The notes under the pieces: generated by a model
What the model was told of the DNA's origin: nothing
What the model saw: the letters and a program-made list of their open reading frames with translations, nothing else
Databases searched by the model: none
Shown: piece by piece, positions 29,281 to 38,121 of the stretch
Layout: every line of letters begins with the position of its first letter
Position numbering within the stretch: position 1 is the stretch's first letter
Made by a program: the position numbers and the translations under genes
Source: Vicinamibacterales bacterium
Lineage (GTDB): Bacteria > Acidobacteriota > Vicinamibacteria > Vicinamibacterales > UBA2999
Assembly: GCA_041659285.1 (NCBI GenBank)
Contig: JBAZYO010000001.1
Location: 448,618 to 512,617 of the forward strand
DNA length: 64,000 bases
Reading direction: 5' to 3'

Positions 29281-29975
29281 GGGTGTTCCCGCCGTTCGCG
29301 TTCAATCTCGACGTCAGGCCGGCGAACGTAGATGGGCGCCAGCTGATGCGGCAGGCCGCCCTCGCCCCGGGCCGCGCGCGCCAGGGCCAGGCGCCCGATG
29401 GCGGGCGCCAGCGCCGGCGGCGTCCGCAGGGTCCAGTGCCCGCCTCCGGCTGCGGTGATCACGCCGGCGTCGCGCGCCACGGCATCGCCGATGAAGACCA
29501 CCGGCCTGCCCGCGATGTGCGCGCGCCACGCCTCGAGAACGCTGGTGGGGTGGGCGGCGAGGGGCGGCGCCAGGGTCCGCCCGGCCGACACGTCGAGCAG
29601 CGTCGCGAACACATCGCCGCGCTGGGCATCCATCCAGGGCGCCACCAGGCTGATGCCGTCGGTGGCGGCCTCGGCGGCGAGCGCATCCAGGGCCGAGACG
29701 CCAATCACCGGCCGGCCAAGGGTCATGGCCAGGCCTTGCATCGTCGCCAGGCCGATGCGCAGCCCGGTGAACGCCCCGGGTCCGGTGGCCACCGCCAGCA
29801 GGCCGAGGTCGCGTCGCTGCAGGCCGGCCAGCGCGAGCGCCGCCTCCATCTCGCCCGGCAGCCGCTCGCTGTGCGAGCGCGCGGCATCCCCCGGCACGAG
29901 GGCCAGGAGCTGATCGTCGCGCAGCACGGCGACACTGCCGCCGCGAGTCGTGGTGTCGAGGGCGAGAATGACCAT
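29277..29975 (-). CDS. tsaB: tRNA t6A37 biosynthesis protein TsaB (YeaZ)
   Basis: The homology starts at MVILALDTTTRGGSVAVL (ATG at 29975). Further matches are GPGAFTGLRIGLATMQGLA. Confidence 0.85.
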   Translation of the reverse strand: MVILALDTTTRGGSVAVLRDDQLLALVPGDAARSHSERLPGEMEAALALAGLQRRDLGLLAVATGPGAFTGLRIGLATMQGLAMTLGRPVIGVSALDALAAEAATDGISLVAPWMDAQRGDVFATLLDVSAGRTLAPPLAAHPTSVLEAWRAHIAGRPVVFIGDAVARDAGVITAAGGGHWTLRTPPALAPAIGRLALARAARGEGGLPHQLAPIYVRRPDVEIERERREHP

Positions 29976-30028
29976 GGTCGGGAACCCAGCCATCGTATAC
30001 TCGACCACACGCCTTTTCGAATCGCACC

Positions 30029-32734
30029 GTGTCCCAAACCCCATCCCCTGGCTCTTCGGTGAGCCCGTCGGGCGCGCAGCTGACGCCGGCCATGCGCCAG
30101 TATTTCGAGGCCAAGCGCCAGTACCGCCACGCCCTGGTCTTTTTCCGGATGGGCGACTTCTACGAGATGTTCTACGAAGACGCGCTGGTGGCGTCGCGGG
30201 CGCTCGACCTGACGCTGACCTCGCGCTCGAAAGACTCGACCGGCACGCCCGTGCCCATGTGCGGCCTGCCCTACCACGCGGCGGATGGGTATATCGCCCG
30301 CCTGGTGAAGAAGGGCTACAGCGTCGCCATCTGCGAGCAGATCGAGGACCCCAAGAAGGCCAAGGGCCTCGTCAAGCGCGACGTGGTGCGGGTGGTGTCG
30401 CCCGGGACCCTGACCGATGCGGCCTATCTCGACGCGCGCGAGCCGGCGTTCCTGATGGCCGTGGTCGCGACCGCCGACTTCACCAAGGCCTCGTCGGACA
30501 AAGCCGGCGCCGGCGGGCGGCCCGCCGAGTACGGCGTGGCGCTCGTGGACCTCTCCACCGGCGAGTTCGACGTCGCCGAGTACTCGGGCGTCGAAGGCCT
30601 GGCCTCGCTGCGCGCCGAAGTCGCCGTGTTGCGCCCGCGCGAGATCGTGGTGGCATCGGGCCACGACGTGCGCGCCCTCTTGCCGGAGGTCGCGCAGCAG
30701 GCGGTGCCGGTCACCGAGATCGACGGCTGGCATTTCGAGCTGGAATCCGCCCGCCAGACGCTGCTCGATCAACTGCGGGTCAGCGGCCTCGAAGGCTTTG
30801 GCCTCGAGCGGCGGCCGACGGCCGTTTGTGCCGCCGGCGCCTTGGTGCGGTACCTGCGCGACACGCAGAAGGCCGACCTCGCCCACGTGCGCACCATCCG
30901 CCTCCGGCAGGCGGCGGACGGCCTGCTGATCGACCCCACCACGCTCAAGCACCTCGAGGTGGTGGAATCGATGGAGGGCGGCCGTGCCGGCACGCTGCTC
31001 GACGAGATCGATCGCACCGTCACGCCGATGGGTGGCCGGCTGATGCGGGCCTGGCTGCTCCGCCCGCTGACCGCGCTCGAGCCGATTCGCGATCGGCTGG
31101 ACGCCGTGGAGGAACTGGCCGCCAAGACCACCGAGCGCGGCAAGCTGCGCGACACGCTGAAGTCGATCCAGGACCTCGAGCGGCTGATCTCGCGGATCGC
31201 CCTCTCCACCGCCAGCCCGCGCGACCTGGTCGCCCTCGGCCGCTCGCTGGCCGCCGTGCCGCGCCTCGCACTCATGATCACGGAGTGCCAGGCGCCGCTG
31301 ATCCGCAGCCTGGTCGGCGAGCTCGACGACCTGTCCGACGTGCGGCAATGGGTGGAAGCCGCGATCATGGACGAGCCGCCCGCGCTCGCCCGCGACGGCG
31401 GCTTCGTGCGCGACGGCTTCGACCAGGATGTCGACGACCTGCGCACCATCAGCCGGTCCGGCAAGCAGGTGATCGCCGAGATGGAAGCGGGCGAGCGCAC
31501 GCGCACCGGCATCACTTCGTTGAAGGTCCGCTTCAACCGCGTCTTCGGGTACTACATCGAGATCTCGAAATCGAACCTGCACAACGTGCCGAGCGACTAC
31601 ATCCGCAAGCAGACCATCGCCGGCGGCGAGCGCTACATCACGCCGGCGCTCAAGGAATACGAGGAGAAGGTGCTGGGCGCCGACGAGCGCATCGTGACGC
31701 GCGAGCTCGAGATCTTCGAGACGCTGCGCACTCAGGTGTCGGCCGAGGCGCCGCGCGTGCTCGACACCGCCCGCGCCGTCGCCGGGCTCGACGTGCTGGC
31801 CGGCCTGGCCGAAACGGCCACCGTCTGCAATTACACCAAGCCACACGTCCACGACGGCGACGAGCTGGTGGCGGTGGACGTGAGACATCCGGTGGTGGAA
31901 CGCCTCGCCGCCGGCGCGTTCGTGCCCAACGACATCGAGCTGAACGCGACCACGCACCAACTGGTCATCCTCACCGGCCCCAACATGGGCGGCAAGTCCA
32001 CCTATTTGCGGCAGGTCGCCCTGCTCTGCCTGATGGCGCAGACCGGCTCGTTCGTGCCGGCGCGCGAGGCCAAGCTGTCGCTGATCGATCGCCTCTACGC
32101 GCGCGTCGGCGCCTCCGATAACATCGCCCGCGGCCAGTCCACGTTCATGGTGGAGATGCAGGAGACCGCGCACATCCTCAGCGGCGCCACCTCGAAGAGC
32201 CTGGTCGTGCTCGACGAGATTGGCCGCGGGACCGCCACCTTCGACGGATTGAGCATTGCCTGGGCGGTGGCGGAATACCTCGCCACCAACCAGCGCGCGC
32301 GCCCGAAGACGCTGTTCGCCACGCACTACCACGAGCTGACCGACCTCGCCGACGCGCTCGGCGGCGTGGTCAACGCGCACGTCACCGCGCGCGAGTGGAA
32401 GGACGACATCATCTTCCTGCACAAGATTCTGCCGGGACGGTCGGATCGCAGCTACGGCATCCAGGTGGCGCGGCTCGCCGGCCTGCCGGCCACGGTGATT
32501 GCGCGGGCCCGCGACATTCTCGGCTCGCTCGAGCACGACGAGCTGGCCCGCGGCGGCAAGCCGTCGCTGAGCGGCACGCCGGCGGTACCACAGCAGCAGC
32601 TCGGGTTGTTCCAGGCCATCTCCCCCGCCGACGAGAAGCTGCGCGAGCGCATCCGCGAGGTGGACATTAACCGGACGACCCCGATCGATGCGCTGCAGAT
32701 TCTCCAGGAGCTCAAGCGGTCCCTTGACGACTAG
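30029..32734 (+). CDS. mutS: DNA mismatch repair protein MutS
   Basis: 901-aa ORF with the N-terminal LTPAMRQYFEAK motif, Walker A GPNMGGKST, and STFMVEMQETA and DEIGRGT motifs. Confidence 0.97.
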   Translation: MSQTPSPGSSVSPSGAQLTPAMRQYFEAKRQYRHALVFFRMGDFYEMFYEDALVASRALDLTLTSRSKDSTGTPVPMCGLPYHAADGYIARLVKKGYSVAICEQIEDPKKAKGLVKRDVVRVVSPGTLTDAAYLDAREPAFLMAVVATADFTKASSDKAGAGGRPAEYGVALVDLSTGEFDVAEYSGVEGLASLRAEVAVLRPREIVVASGHDVRALLPEVAQQAVPVTEIDGWHFELESARQTLLDQLRVSGLEGFGLERRPTAVCAAGALVRYLRDTQKADLAHVRTIRLRQAADGLLIDPTTLKHLEVVESMEGGRAGTLLDEIDRTVTPMGGRLMRAWLLRPLTALEPIRDRLDAVEELAAKTTERGKLRDTLKSIQDLERLISRIALSTASPRDLVALGRSLAAVPRLALMITECQAPLIRSLVGELDDLSDVRQWVEAAIMDEPPALARDGGFVRDGFDQDVDDLRTISRSGKQVIAEMEAGERTRTGITSLKVRFNRVFGYYIEISKSNLHNVPSDYIRKQTIAGGERYITPALKEYEEKVLGADERIVTRELEIFETLRTQVSAEAPRVLDTARAVAGLDVLAGLAETATVCNYTKPHVHDGDELVAVDVRHPVVERLAAGAFVPNDIELNATTHQLVILTGPNMGGKSTYLRQVALLCLMAQTGSFVPAREAKLSLIDRLYARVGASDNIARGQSTFMVEMQETAHILSGATSKSLVVLDEIGRGTATFDGLSIAWAVAEYLATNQRARPKTLFATHYHELTDLADALGGVVNAHVTAREWKDDIIFLHKILPGRSDRSYGIQVARLAGLPATVIARARDILGSLEHDELARGGKPSLSGTPAVPQQQLGLFQAISPADEKLRERIREVDINRTTPIDALQILQELKRSLDD

Positions 32735-34238
32735 GTCGATCGCGGCACTCGTCGTGCTGTTCGGGCTCAGCGCCTGCCACAGCGTTCCCGCCAGGACCGG
32801 GGTCGTCACCCTCGCCGTTCTCAGCTCCCCCAACAGCCTCGACCCGCGCGTCGGCTCCGATGAAACCTCGCAGCGCGCGCACCAGCTGCTCTTCGACAAC
32901 CTGCTCTCGCTCGACGGGCAGTTGCGCGTCACCGGCGGACTGGCGTCCCGCTTCGAACAGCGCGACCCGCTGACCTACGACGTCTTCCTCCGGGAAGGCG
33001 TGATGTTTCACGACGGCCACGAACTGACCGCCGCCGACGTGGTCTACACCTTCAGCTGCTTTATCGATCCGGCGTTCCTCTCGCCGCGCAAGGGCGCCTA
33101 TCGCGTGCTCGACAAGGTGACGGCACTCGATCGGTATGCGGTGCGCTTCTCGCTCAAGGAACCGTTCGGCTCGTTCCCGATTCAGCTGGTGATGCCGGTG
33201 GTGCCGAAGGGCGCCGGGCCGGAGTTGCGCGACCATCCGGTCGGCACCGGGCCGTACCGGTTCGTGCGGTTCGCGGTGGACGATCGCCTGGAGCTGGCGG
33301 CGTTCCCCGGTTACTTCCGCGGCGCGCCCGCCAACGACGGTGTCGTGCTGAAGGTGGTGCCCGACGAGATCATGCGGGCGCTCGAACTGCGCAAGGGCAC
33401 GGTGGACCTCGTCGTCAACGACCTGTCCCCGGACGTCGTCCACCAGCTGGCGGAAGACAAGGGCATGTCCATTGCCGAGTCGCCGGGAACCGACTACGCC
33501 TACGTCGGCTTTAACATGCGCGATCCGGTGCTGCGCGATCGCCGCGTGCGCCACGCCATCGGCTATGCCATCGACCGGCAGGCCATCGTCGATCACTTGC
33601 GGCGCGGGCTGGCGAGCCCGGCCGTCGGCATCCTGCCGCCGGTGTCGTGGGCGTTCGAGCCCAACGTGTTCCAGTTCACGCACGACGTCGCCAGGGCGAC
33701 GGCGCTCCTCGACGAGGCCGGTTATCCGGACCCGGACGGCGCCGGGCCGGCCCCGCGCCTGCGGCTGACGCTGAAGGTGTCAACCAACGAGTTCATCCGC
33801 CTGCAGGCGGCGGTGATCCAACAGGACCTGAAGCAGGCGGGCATCGAGCTCGACGTCAGGTCATACGAGTTCGCCACGCTCTACGCCGACGTGCTGAAGG
33901 GGAACTTCCAGCTGTTCACGCTGCAATGGGTCGGCGTGTCGGACCCCGACATGCTGCGCCGCGTGTTCCACTCGAAGCAGATGCCGCCGTCGGGGTTCAA
34001 CCGCGGCTACTACGAGAATCCGGAGGTCGATCGGCTGATCGACGAGGCGGGCGCCGCCGCCACCGATGCAGATCGGCGGCGGCTGTTCGGCGAGGCGCAA
34101 CGACTGGTCGCGGAAGACGCGCCGTACATCAGCCTGTGGAACAAGACCAACGTCGCCGTGTCCCGTACAGGAATCGAGGGCGTCAAGCTGACGCCCTCGG
34201 CGGAATTCACGTTCTTGCGGGAGGTGACGAAGCGTTGA
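32688..34238 (+). CDS. ABC transporter substrate-binding lipoprotein, family 5 (peptide/nickel type)
   Basis: 516-aa ORF with the lipobox LFGLSAC and a family-5 SBP fold (FHDGHELTAADVVYTF, YVGFNMRD). The ATG start overlaps the mutS end by 47 nt. An in-frame TTG at 32724 is an alternative start. Confidence 0.75.
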   Translation: MRCRFSRSSSGPLTTRSIAALVVLFGLSACHSVPARTGVVTLAVLSSPNSLDPRVGSDETSQRAHQLLFDNLLSLDGQLRVTGGLASRFEQRDPLTYDVFLREGVMFHDGHELTAADVVYTFSCFIDPAFLSPRKGAYRVLDKVTALDRYAVRFSLKEPFGSFPIQLVMPVVPKGAGPELRDHPVGTGPYRFVRFAVDDRLELAAFPGYFRGAPANDGVVLKVVPDEIMRALELRKGTVDLVVNDLSPDVVHQLAEDKGMSIAESPGTDYAYVGFNMRDPVLRDRRVRHAIGYAIDRQAIVDHLRRGLASPAVGILPPVSWAFEPNVFQFTHDVARATALLDEAGYPDPDGAGPAPRLRLTLKVSTNEFIRLQAAVIQQDLKQAGIELDVRSYEFATLYADVLKGNFQLFTLQWVGVSDPDMLRRVFHSKQMPPSGFNRGYYENPEVDRLIDEAGAAATDADRRRLFGEAQRLVAEDAPYISLWNKTNVAVSRTGIEGVKLTPSAEFTFLREVTKR

Positions 34239-34269
34239 CCACCGCCGCGCCGCGGGCCAGGCTGGCGGG

Positions 34270-35016
34270 CTAGCCTTTCAGCTTGTCGAGTTCGGCCTTG
34301 GCCTCGGCGGCCAGCGGCGACTCCGCATGCTTCTCCACGACCTGGGTCAGCGTCTTCTTCGCGTCTTCGGTCTTGCCCGCCAGGCGGTAGGCGCGGGCCA
34401 GCTCCATCAACACGGCGTCGAGCGGCAGCGTGGTGTTGGCCTGCTCCGACTCGGCTTTCAGCGCGGCGATGGCCGGGTCGAACTGCCCGGCGCGCAGCTG
34501 CGCCTCGGCCTTGCCCAACTTCGACATCCGCTGGATGACGCCCGCGCCGCTCGCAATCACCTGGTCGTAGTGCTTGATGGCGTCGTCGAAACGCCCGAGC
34601 GTCACCAGCGTGGTGGCAGCCTGATACCGCGCGGTGAGGCCGGAGTCGCTCTTGGGATACGCGTCGGCGGCGGCAATGAACTTCGGCAACGCCGCTTCCA
34701 GCTTCGCCCGCTGCGTGGGATACGTTCCCGGCGCCTGTCCGGGCGTTGCGGTCGGGTCGTTGGTGGTCCCGGCCGGCGGGCCCGGCGGCATCACCCGCGC
34801 TTCTTCAATCACCATTGCCTCAGCAAGCAGCGTCCGCGCCTTGGTGTCGATGCTGCGCTGCCACGCGGCGTAGCCGGCGATGCCGCCGCCGACGACCACG
34901 ACCACGGCGACGATGGCCAGGAGAGTCTTCTGGTTCTGTGCGACCCAACCCTGCGCGCTCGTCAGCGCCATGGCCAGTTCGTTGTCCTTCAGGTGATGCC
35001 GTTCGGTAGTTTTCAT
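34270..35016 (-). CDS. Membrane-anchored TPR protein (YfgM/UPF0070-like)
   Basis: 248-aa ORF. It has an N-terminal cytoplasmic tail and a single TM (LLAIVAVVVVVGGGIAGYAAW). An Ala-rich TPR-like helical domain follows. Confidence 0.6.
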   Translation of the reverse strand: MKTTERHHLKDNELAMALTSAQGWVAQNQKTLLAIVAVVVVVGGGIAGYAAWQRSIDTKARTLLAEAMVIEEARVMPPGPPAGTTNDPTATPGQAPGTYPTQRAKLEAALPKFIAAADAYPKSDSGLTARYQAATTLVTLGRFDDAIKHYDQVIASGAGVIQRMSKLGKAEAQLRAGQFDPAIAALKAESEQANTTLPLDAVLMELARAYRLAGKTEDAKKTLTQVVEKHAESPLAAEAKAELDKLKG

Positions 35017-35025
35017 GTGCGTTAA

Positions 35026-35080
35026 CTCACCAAATCCCTAAATCCCTAACTCACCAAATCACCAAATCACCAAATCACCA
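35026..35080. repeat. 8-bp tandem arrays: AATCCCTA x2 flanked by CACCAAAT x4
   Basis: The sequence reads ctCACCAAATCCCTAAATCCCTAACTCACCAAATCACCAAATCACCAAATCACCA. It lies between the tRNA-Arg 3' end and the TPR gene start. Confidence 0.8.
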
Positions 35081-35088
35081 GATGAATT

Positions 35089-35165
35089 TGGTGCGCCTGA
35101 CAGGAATTGAACCTGTGACCCCCGGTTTAGGAAACCAGTGCTCTATCCAACTGAGCTACAGGCGC
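35089..35165 (-). tRNA. tRNA-Arg (anticodon CCT)
   Basis: The reverse complement folds as a 77-nt cloverleaf. The acceptor is GCGCCTG/CAGGCGC, the anticodon arm is CTGGT-TTCCTAA-ACCGG, the T arm is ACAGG-TTCAATT-CCTGT, and the CCA is encoded. Confidence 0.93.
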
Positions 35166-35234
35166 CTGCGCAGTGTGGCGTCCGGCTTTCTTGGCCGCCA
35201 TAGCCGCTTGGCGGCGACGGCGGTAGCCGGACCG

Positions 35235-35759
35235 TCAGTACCGCAACACAGAATAGACCGGCTCCCCCGCCAATTTCGAGCGGCCATTAAGGAAGTCCAG
35301 TTCGATCAGGAATGCCGCCCCGATGACCTTGCCGCCGGTCTTCCGGACCAGGTCGATGGCGGCGCGCCCGGTGCCGCCGGTGGCGAGCACGTCGTCAACG
35401 ATCAGGACGCGATGGCCGGTGGTGAGGGCGTCCTGGTGAATTTCGAGGGCATCGGTGCCGTACTCGAGGGCGTAGCTTTCCTGGTGCGTCGCCGCCGGCA
35501 GCTTGCCGGGCTTGCGGATCGGCACGAAGCCGCAGCCGAGAGTGATGGCCACCGCGGCACCGAGGATGAAGCCGCGGCTCTCGATGCCGACCACCTGGTC
35601 GATGTCTTCGCCCATGTAGGGCGCGGCCAGCGCGTCCACGGTGTCGCGAAACCCCTGCGCATCGGAGAGCAGCGTGGTGATGTCGTAGAACAGGATGCCC
35701 GGCTTGGGAAAGTCGGGCACGTGTCGGATCTTCGCCTTCAGATGGTCCATGGTCCTCAT
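35235..35759 (-). CDS. apt: Adenine phosphoribosyltransferase
   Basis: 174-aa ORF with [18 protein letters not shown] and the PRPP motif [13 protein letters not shown]. Confidence 0.93.
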   Translation of the reverse strand: MRTMDHLKAKIRHVPDFPKPGILFYDITTLLSDAQGFRDTVDALAAPYMGEDIDQVVGIESRGFILGAAVAITLGCGFVPIRKPGKLPAATHQESYALEYGTDALEIHQDALTTGHRVLIVDDVLATGGTGRAAIDLVRKTGGKVIGAAFLIELDFLNGRSKLAGEPVYSVLRY

Positions 35760-35789
35760 CAGCCTGTGCCCGTGGGCCGCCTGGCTCCG

Positions 35790-36062
35790 TTATCGAATCT
35801 CAAAACCCGTGTGGTGCAACGTGGGCGCAACGTCGTCCACCAGGACGCGCTCGACGCGCGACCGCGACGGCCCGCGCCGCAACGCCCGCTCGAACCGCTC
35901 CACGGACTCGGCCTCCCCCTCCGCCACGGCTTCGACCGTGCCGTCGGGGTGGTTGGACACGTGGCCGCTGAGGCCCTCGCGGCGCGCGGCGTCCTGGGCG
36001 AAAAACCGGAACCCGACGCCCTGCACGTGTCCGCTTACCAGGAACCTCCGGGCGACGCGCAT
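35790..36062 (-). CDS. acyP: Acylphosphatase
   Basis: 90-aa ORF with the VSGHVQGVGFRFF signature. Confidence 0.9.
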   Translation of the reverse strand: MRVARRFLVSGHVQGVGFRFFAQDAARREGLSGHVSNHPDGTVEAVAEGEAESVERFERALRRGPSRSRVERVLVDDVAPTLHHTGFEIR

Positions 36063-36134
36063 CCCACCATTCTAGCTCAGCGGCCCCCGCCGCTGCCTGA
36101 TCCTTGACTGTGCCCGGGCGCGAGGCGCATCATC

Positions 36135-36262
36135 AAGGTTTGCCTAATCCACCGCACGGGCGGCGGAGCGGGGGACCCAGGAACCGGGGCGAATCGCCTG
36201 CCGTGCAGCGCGACAGAGATCACCACCTCTGAGCCCGACAGCTAACCTCGCAGGCGGAGTGG
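36135..36262 (+). promoter_or_regulatory. c-di-AMP riboswitch (ydaO/kimA class)
   Basis: Four conserved cores appear in the expected order: GCCTAATCC, GGAGCGGGGGACCCA, CCGGGGCGAATC and GAGCCCGACAGCTAACCTCGCAGGCG. The putative P1 is GCCT (36143-36146) with AGGC (36252-36255). It is followed directly by the GGAG SD and the kimA start. Confidence 0.8.
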
Positions 36263-36263
36263 A

Positions 36264-38099
36264 GTGACAGTGTTTGGACCTTTGAAGCGGCTGGTCGTCG
36301 GCCGCCCGATCGCGACGTATCAAGCCGACCATCATCGCTTTGGCCTGTTCGGCGGCCTCGCCGTCCTCTCATCCGACGCGCTGTCGTCGGTGGCCTACGC
36401 GACCGAAGAAGTCCTGCGGGTCCTGATGATCGGCGGCGTCGCCGCGCTCAGCCTCGGCCAGCCGATCAGCCTGCTGATTGCGGCCCTGCTGCTGATTGTC
36501 GTCTTCTCCTACCGCAAGACCATCCAGGCTTACCCGGGCGGCGGCGGCGCCTACATCGTGGCGCGCGACAACCTCGGGCCGAATTTCGGCCTCGCCGCGG
36601 CGGCGGCGCTGCTGATCGACTACACGCTGACCGTGGCGGTCAGCATCGCCGCCGGGGTCTCGGCGATCACCTCGGCGATCCCGTCGTTGCACGTCAGCCG
36701 CGTGATGTTGAGCCTCGGCTTCATCGGCATCCTGATGCTCGGCAACCTGCGCGGGCTCCGGGAATCCACCAAGCTGTTCGGCGTCCCGGTCTACGCGTTC
36801 GTCGGCGTGATGTTCGCGCTGATCCTCGTCGGCGGCTTCCGGGCGATGACCGGCACCGTCGTCCCGGTCGAGACCGCGGACCCGCTGCACACGCTCGGCA
36901 TGGGCTCGATCACCCTGTTCGTGCTGCTGTCGGCGTTTGCCAACGGCTGCACGGCGATGACCGGTGTCGAGGCGGTGTCGGACGGCGTGCCGGCGTTCAA
37001 GGCGCCGTCGGCGAAGACCGCCACCCACACCCTCGCCCTGATGGCCGTGCTCGCCGTCACCATGTTCACGGGCATCAGCTATCTCGCCCACGTCTACCAG
37101 ATTGTGCCCAGCGAAACCGAGACCGTGGTCTCGCAGATCGCGCGCGGTGTGTTCGGCGGGCGCAACGTCCCGTATTACATCGTGCAGGGCGCCACCATGC
37201 TCATCCTGGTGCTGGCGGCGAACACCGCCTTCGCCGATTTCCCGCGGCTGGCGTCGATCGTGGCCCGGGACCGCTACATGCCGCGGCAGTTCATGAACCT
37301 CGGCGACAAGCTGGCGTTCTCGAATGGCATCGTCGCGCTGAGCATCGCGGCGGCGGGGTTGTGCGTGGTGTTCGGCGGCGATCCGCACGCGCTCATTCCC
37401 CTCTACATGATCGGCGTGTTCCTGTCGTTCACACTGTCGCAGACCGGCATGTACCTGCGGGCGCGACGGTTGCGCGAGCCCGGCTGGCGCACCAGCGCCA
37501 CGATCAGCGGCGTCGGTGCGATTGTCACGTTTTGCGTGTTGATCGTGGTCGCCGTGACCAAGGGCCTGGACGGGGCATGGATTGTCGTGGTCCTGATTCC
37601 GTTCCTGTCGATGATCTTCCGGGCGACCCGCAGCCACTACGACAACGTCGCTTCGCAGCTGTCGCTGGCGGGTCACGCGGTCGAGACCACGCCGCATGGG
37701 CACATCGTCATTGTCCCGATCGGCGGCGTGCATCGCGCGGTGATCGAGGCCCTGCGCTACGCCAGCTCGCTGGCCACCGACGTCCGCGCGGTCTACGTAA
37801 ACGTCAACCCCGACTCGATGGCGGCGATGAAGCGCGACTGGCCGCAGTGGGGATCGCACGTCAAGCTGGTGGTGCTGCAGTCTCCCTATCGATCGATGAC
37901 CGAGCCGCTGCTGGAGTACATCGATCGCCTGGAGCGCGAGAACCCGGAAGACTACATCACCGTGGTGCTGCCGGAATTCGTGGTCAAGCACTGGTGGCAC
38001 CACCTGCTGCACAACCAGAGTGCCTTCACCCTCAAGGCTGCCCTGCTCTTCCGCCCGCGCGTCGTCACGACCTCGGTGCCGTTCCACCTGAAGGCCTAG
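36264..38099 (+). CDS. kimA: KimA-type K+/H+ symporter (APC superfamily with C-terminal cytoplasmic domain)
   Basis: 611-aa ORF, collinear with B. subtilis KimA as I remember it. Shared segments are LKRLVVGRP, LSSDALSSVAYATEE, YPGGGGAYIV, LLIDYTLTVAVSI, VVSQIA, NTAFADFPRLASI, YMPRQF and HNQSAF. The start is the GTG at 36264 or at 36270. Confidence 0.8.
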   Translation: MTVFGPLKRLVVGRPIATYQADHHRFGLFGGLAVLSSDALSSVAYATEEVLRVLMIGGVAALSLGQPISLLIAALLLIVVFSYRKTIQAYPGGGGAYIVARDNLGPNFGLAAAAALLIDYTLTVAVSIAAGVSAITSAIPSLHVSRVMLSLGFIGILMLGNLRGLRESTKLFGVPVYAFVGVMFALILVGGFRAMTGTVVPVETADPLHTLGMGSITLFVLLSAFANGCTAMTGVEAVSDGVPAFKAPSAKTATHTLALMAVLAVTMFTGISYLAHVYQIVPSETETVVSQIARGVFGGRNVPYYIVQGATMLILVLAANTAFADFPRLASIVARDRYMPRQFMNLGDKLAFSNGIVALSIAAAGLCVVFGGDPHALIPLYMIGVFLSFTLSQTGMYLRARRLREPGWRTSATISGVGAIVTFCVLIVVAVTKGLDGAWIVVVLIPFLSMIFRATRSHYDNVASQLSLAGHAVETTPHGHIVIVPIGGVHRAVIEALRYASSLATDVRAVYVNVNPDSMAAMKRDWPQWGSHVKLVVLQSPYRSMTEPLLEYIDRLERENPEDYITVVLPEFVVKHWWHHLLHNQSAFTLKAALLFRPRVVTTSVPFHLKA

Positions 38100-38121
38100 C
38101 CCGCCACGACGCGGCGGCTGG

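Noticed and set aside
29723-32932. 1069-aa ORF on the minus strand opposite mutS. Similar very long antisense ORFs are 12732-15362 (+) opposite dnaE, 39993-43106 (+) opposite the BNR gene, 45100-47397 (-) opposite the Mo-hydroxylase, 24347-26404 (-) opposite the kinase, 36369-38087 (-) opposite kimA, 9345-10877 (+) opposite recJ, 22017-23417 (+), 58884-60263 (-) and 60038-61879 (+).
   Set aside because: Their translations are Arg/Gly/Ala/Asp/His-rich low-complexity strings with no recognisable motifs. In each case the opposite strand encodes a protein with clear family signatures. Long stop-free antisense frames are the expected artefact of high GC content.
35026-35080. CRISPR array or telomere-like TTAGGG repeats (minus strand reads TTAGGGATTTAGGGATT). 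The same question applies to the other short arrays at 5801, 9059, 18007, 20734, 43249 and 56988.
   Set aside because: The units are 8-11 bp and directly abutting, with no unique spacers, no cas genes and only 2-8 copies. The TTAGGG resemblance covers two units and is coincidental.
36104-36135. TTGACT at 36104-36109 as the -35 box of the riboswitch/kimA promoter.
   Set aside because: No acceptable TAnnnT -10 hexamer lies 16-19 nt downstream (the best candidate is GCATCA or CATCAT). The promoter position is left unassigned.
36144-36335. 63-aa minus-strand ORF across the acyP/kimA spacer.
   Set aside because: It coincides with the c-di-AMP riboswitch and the kimA start. Its composition is non-protein-like.
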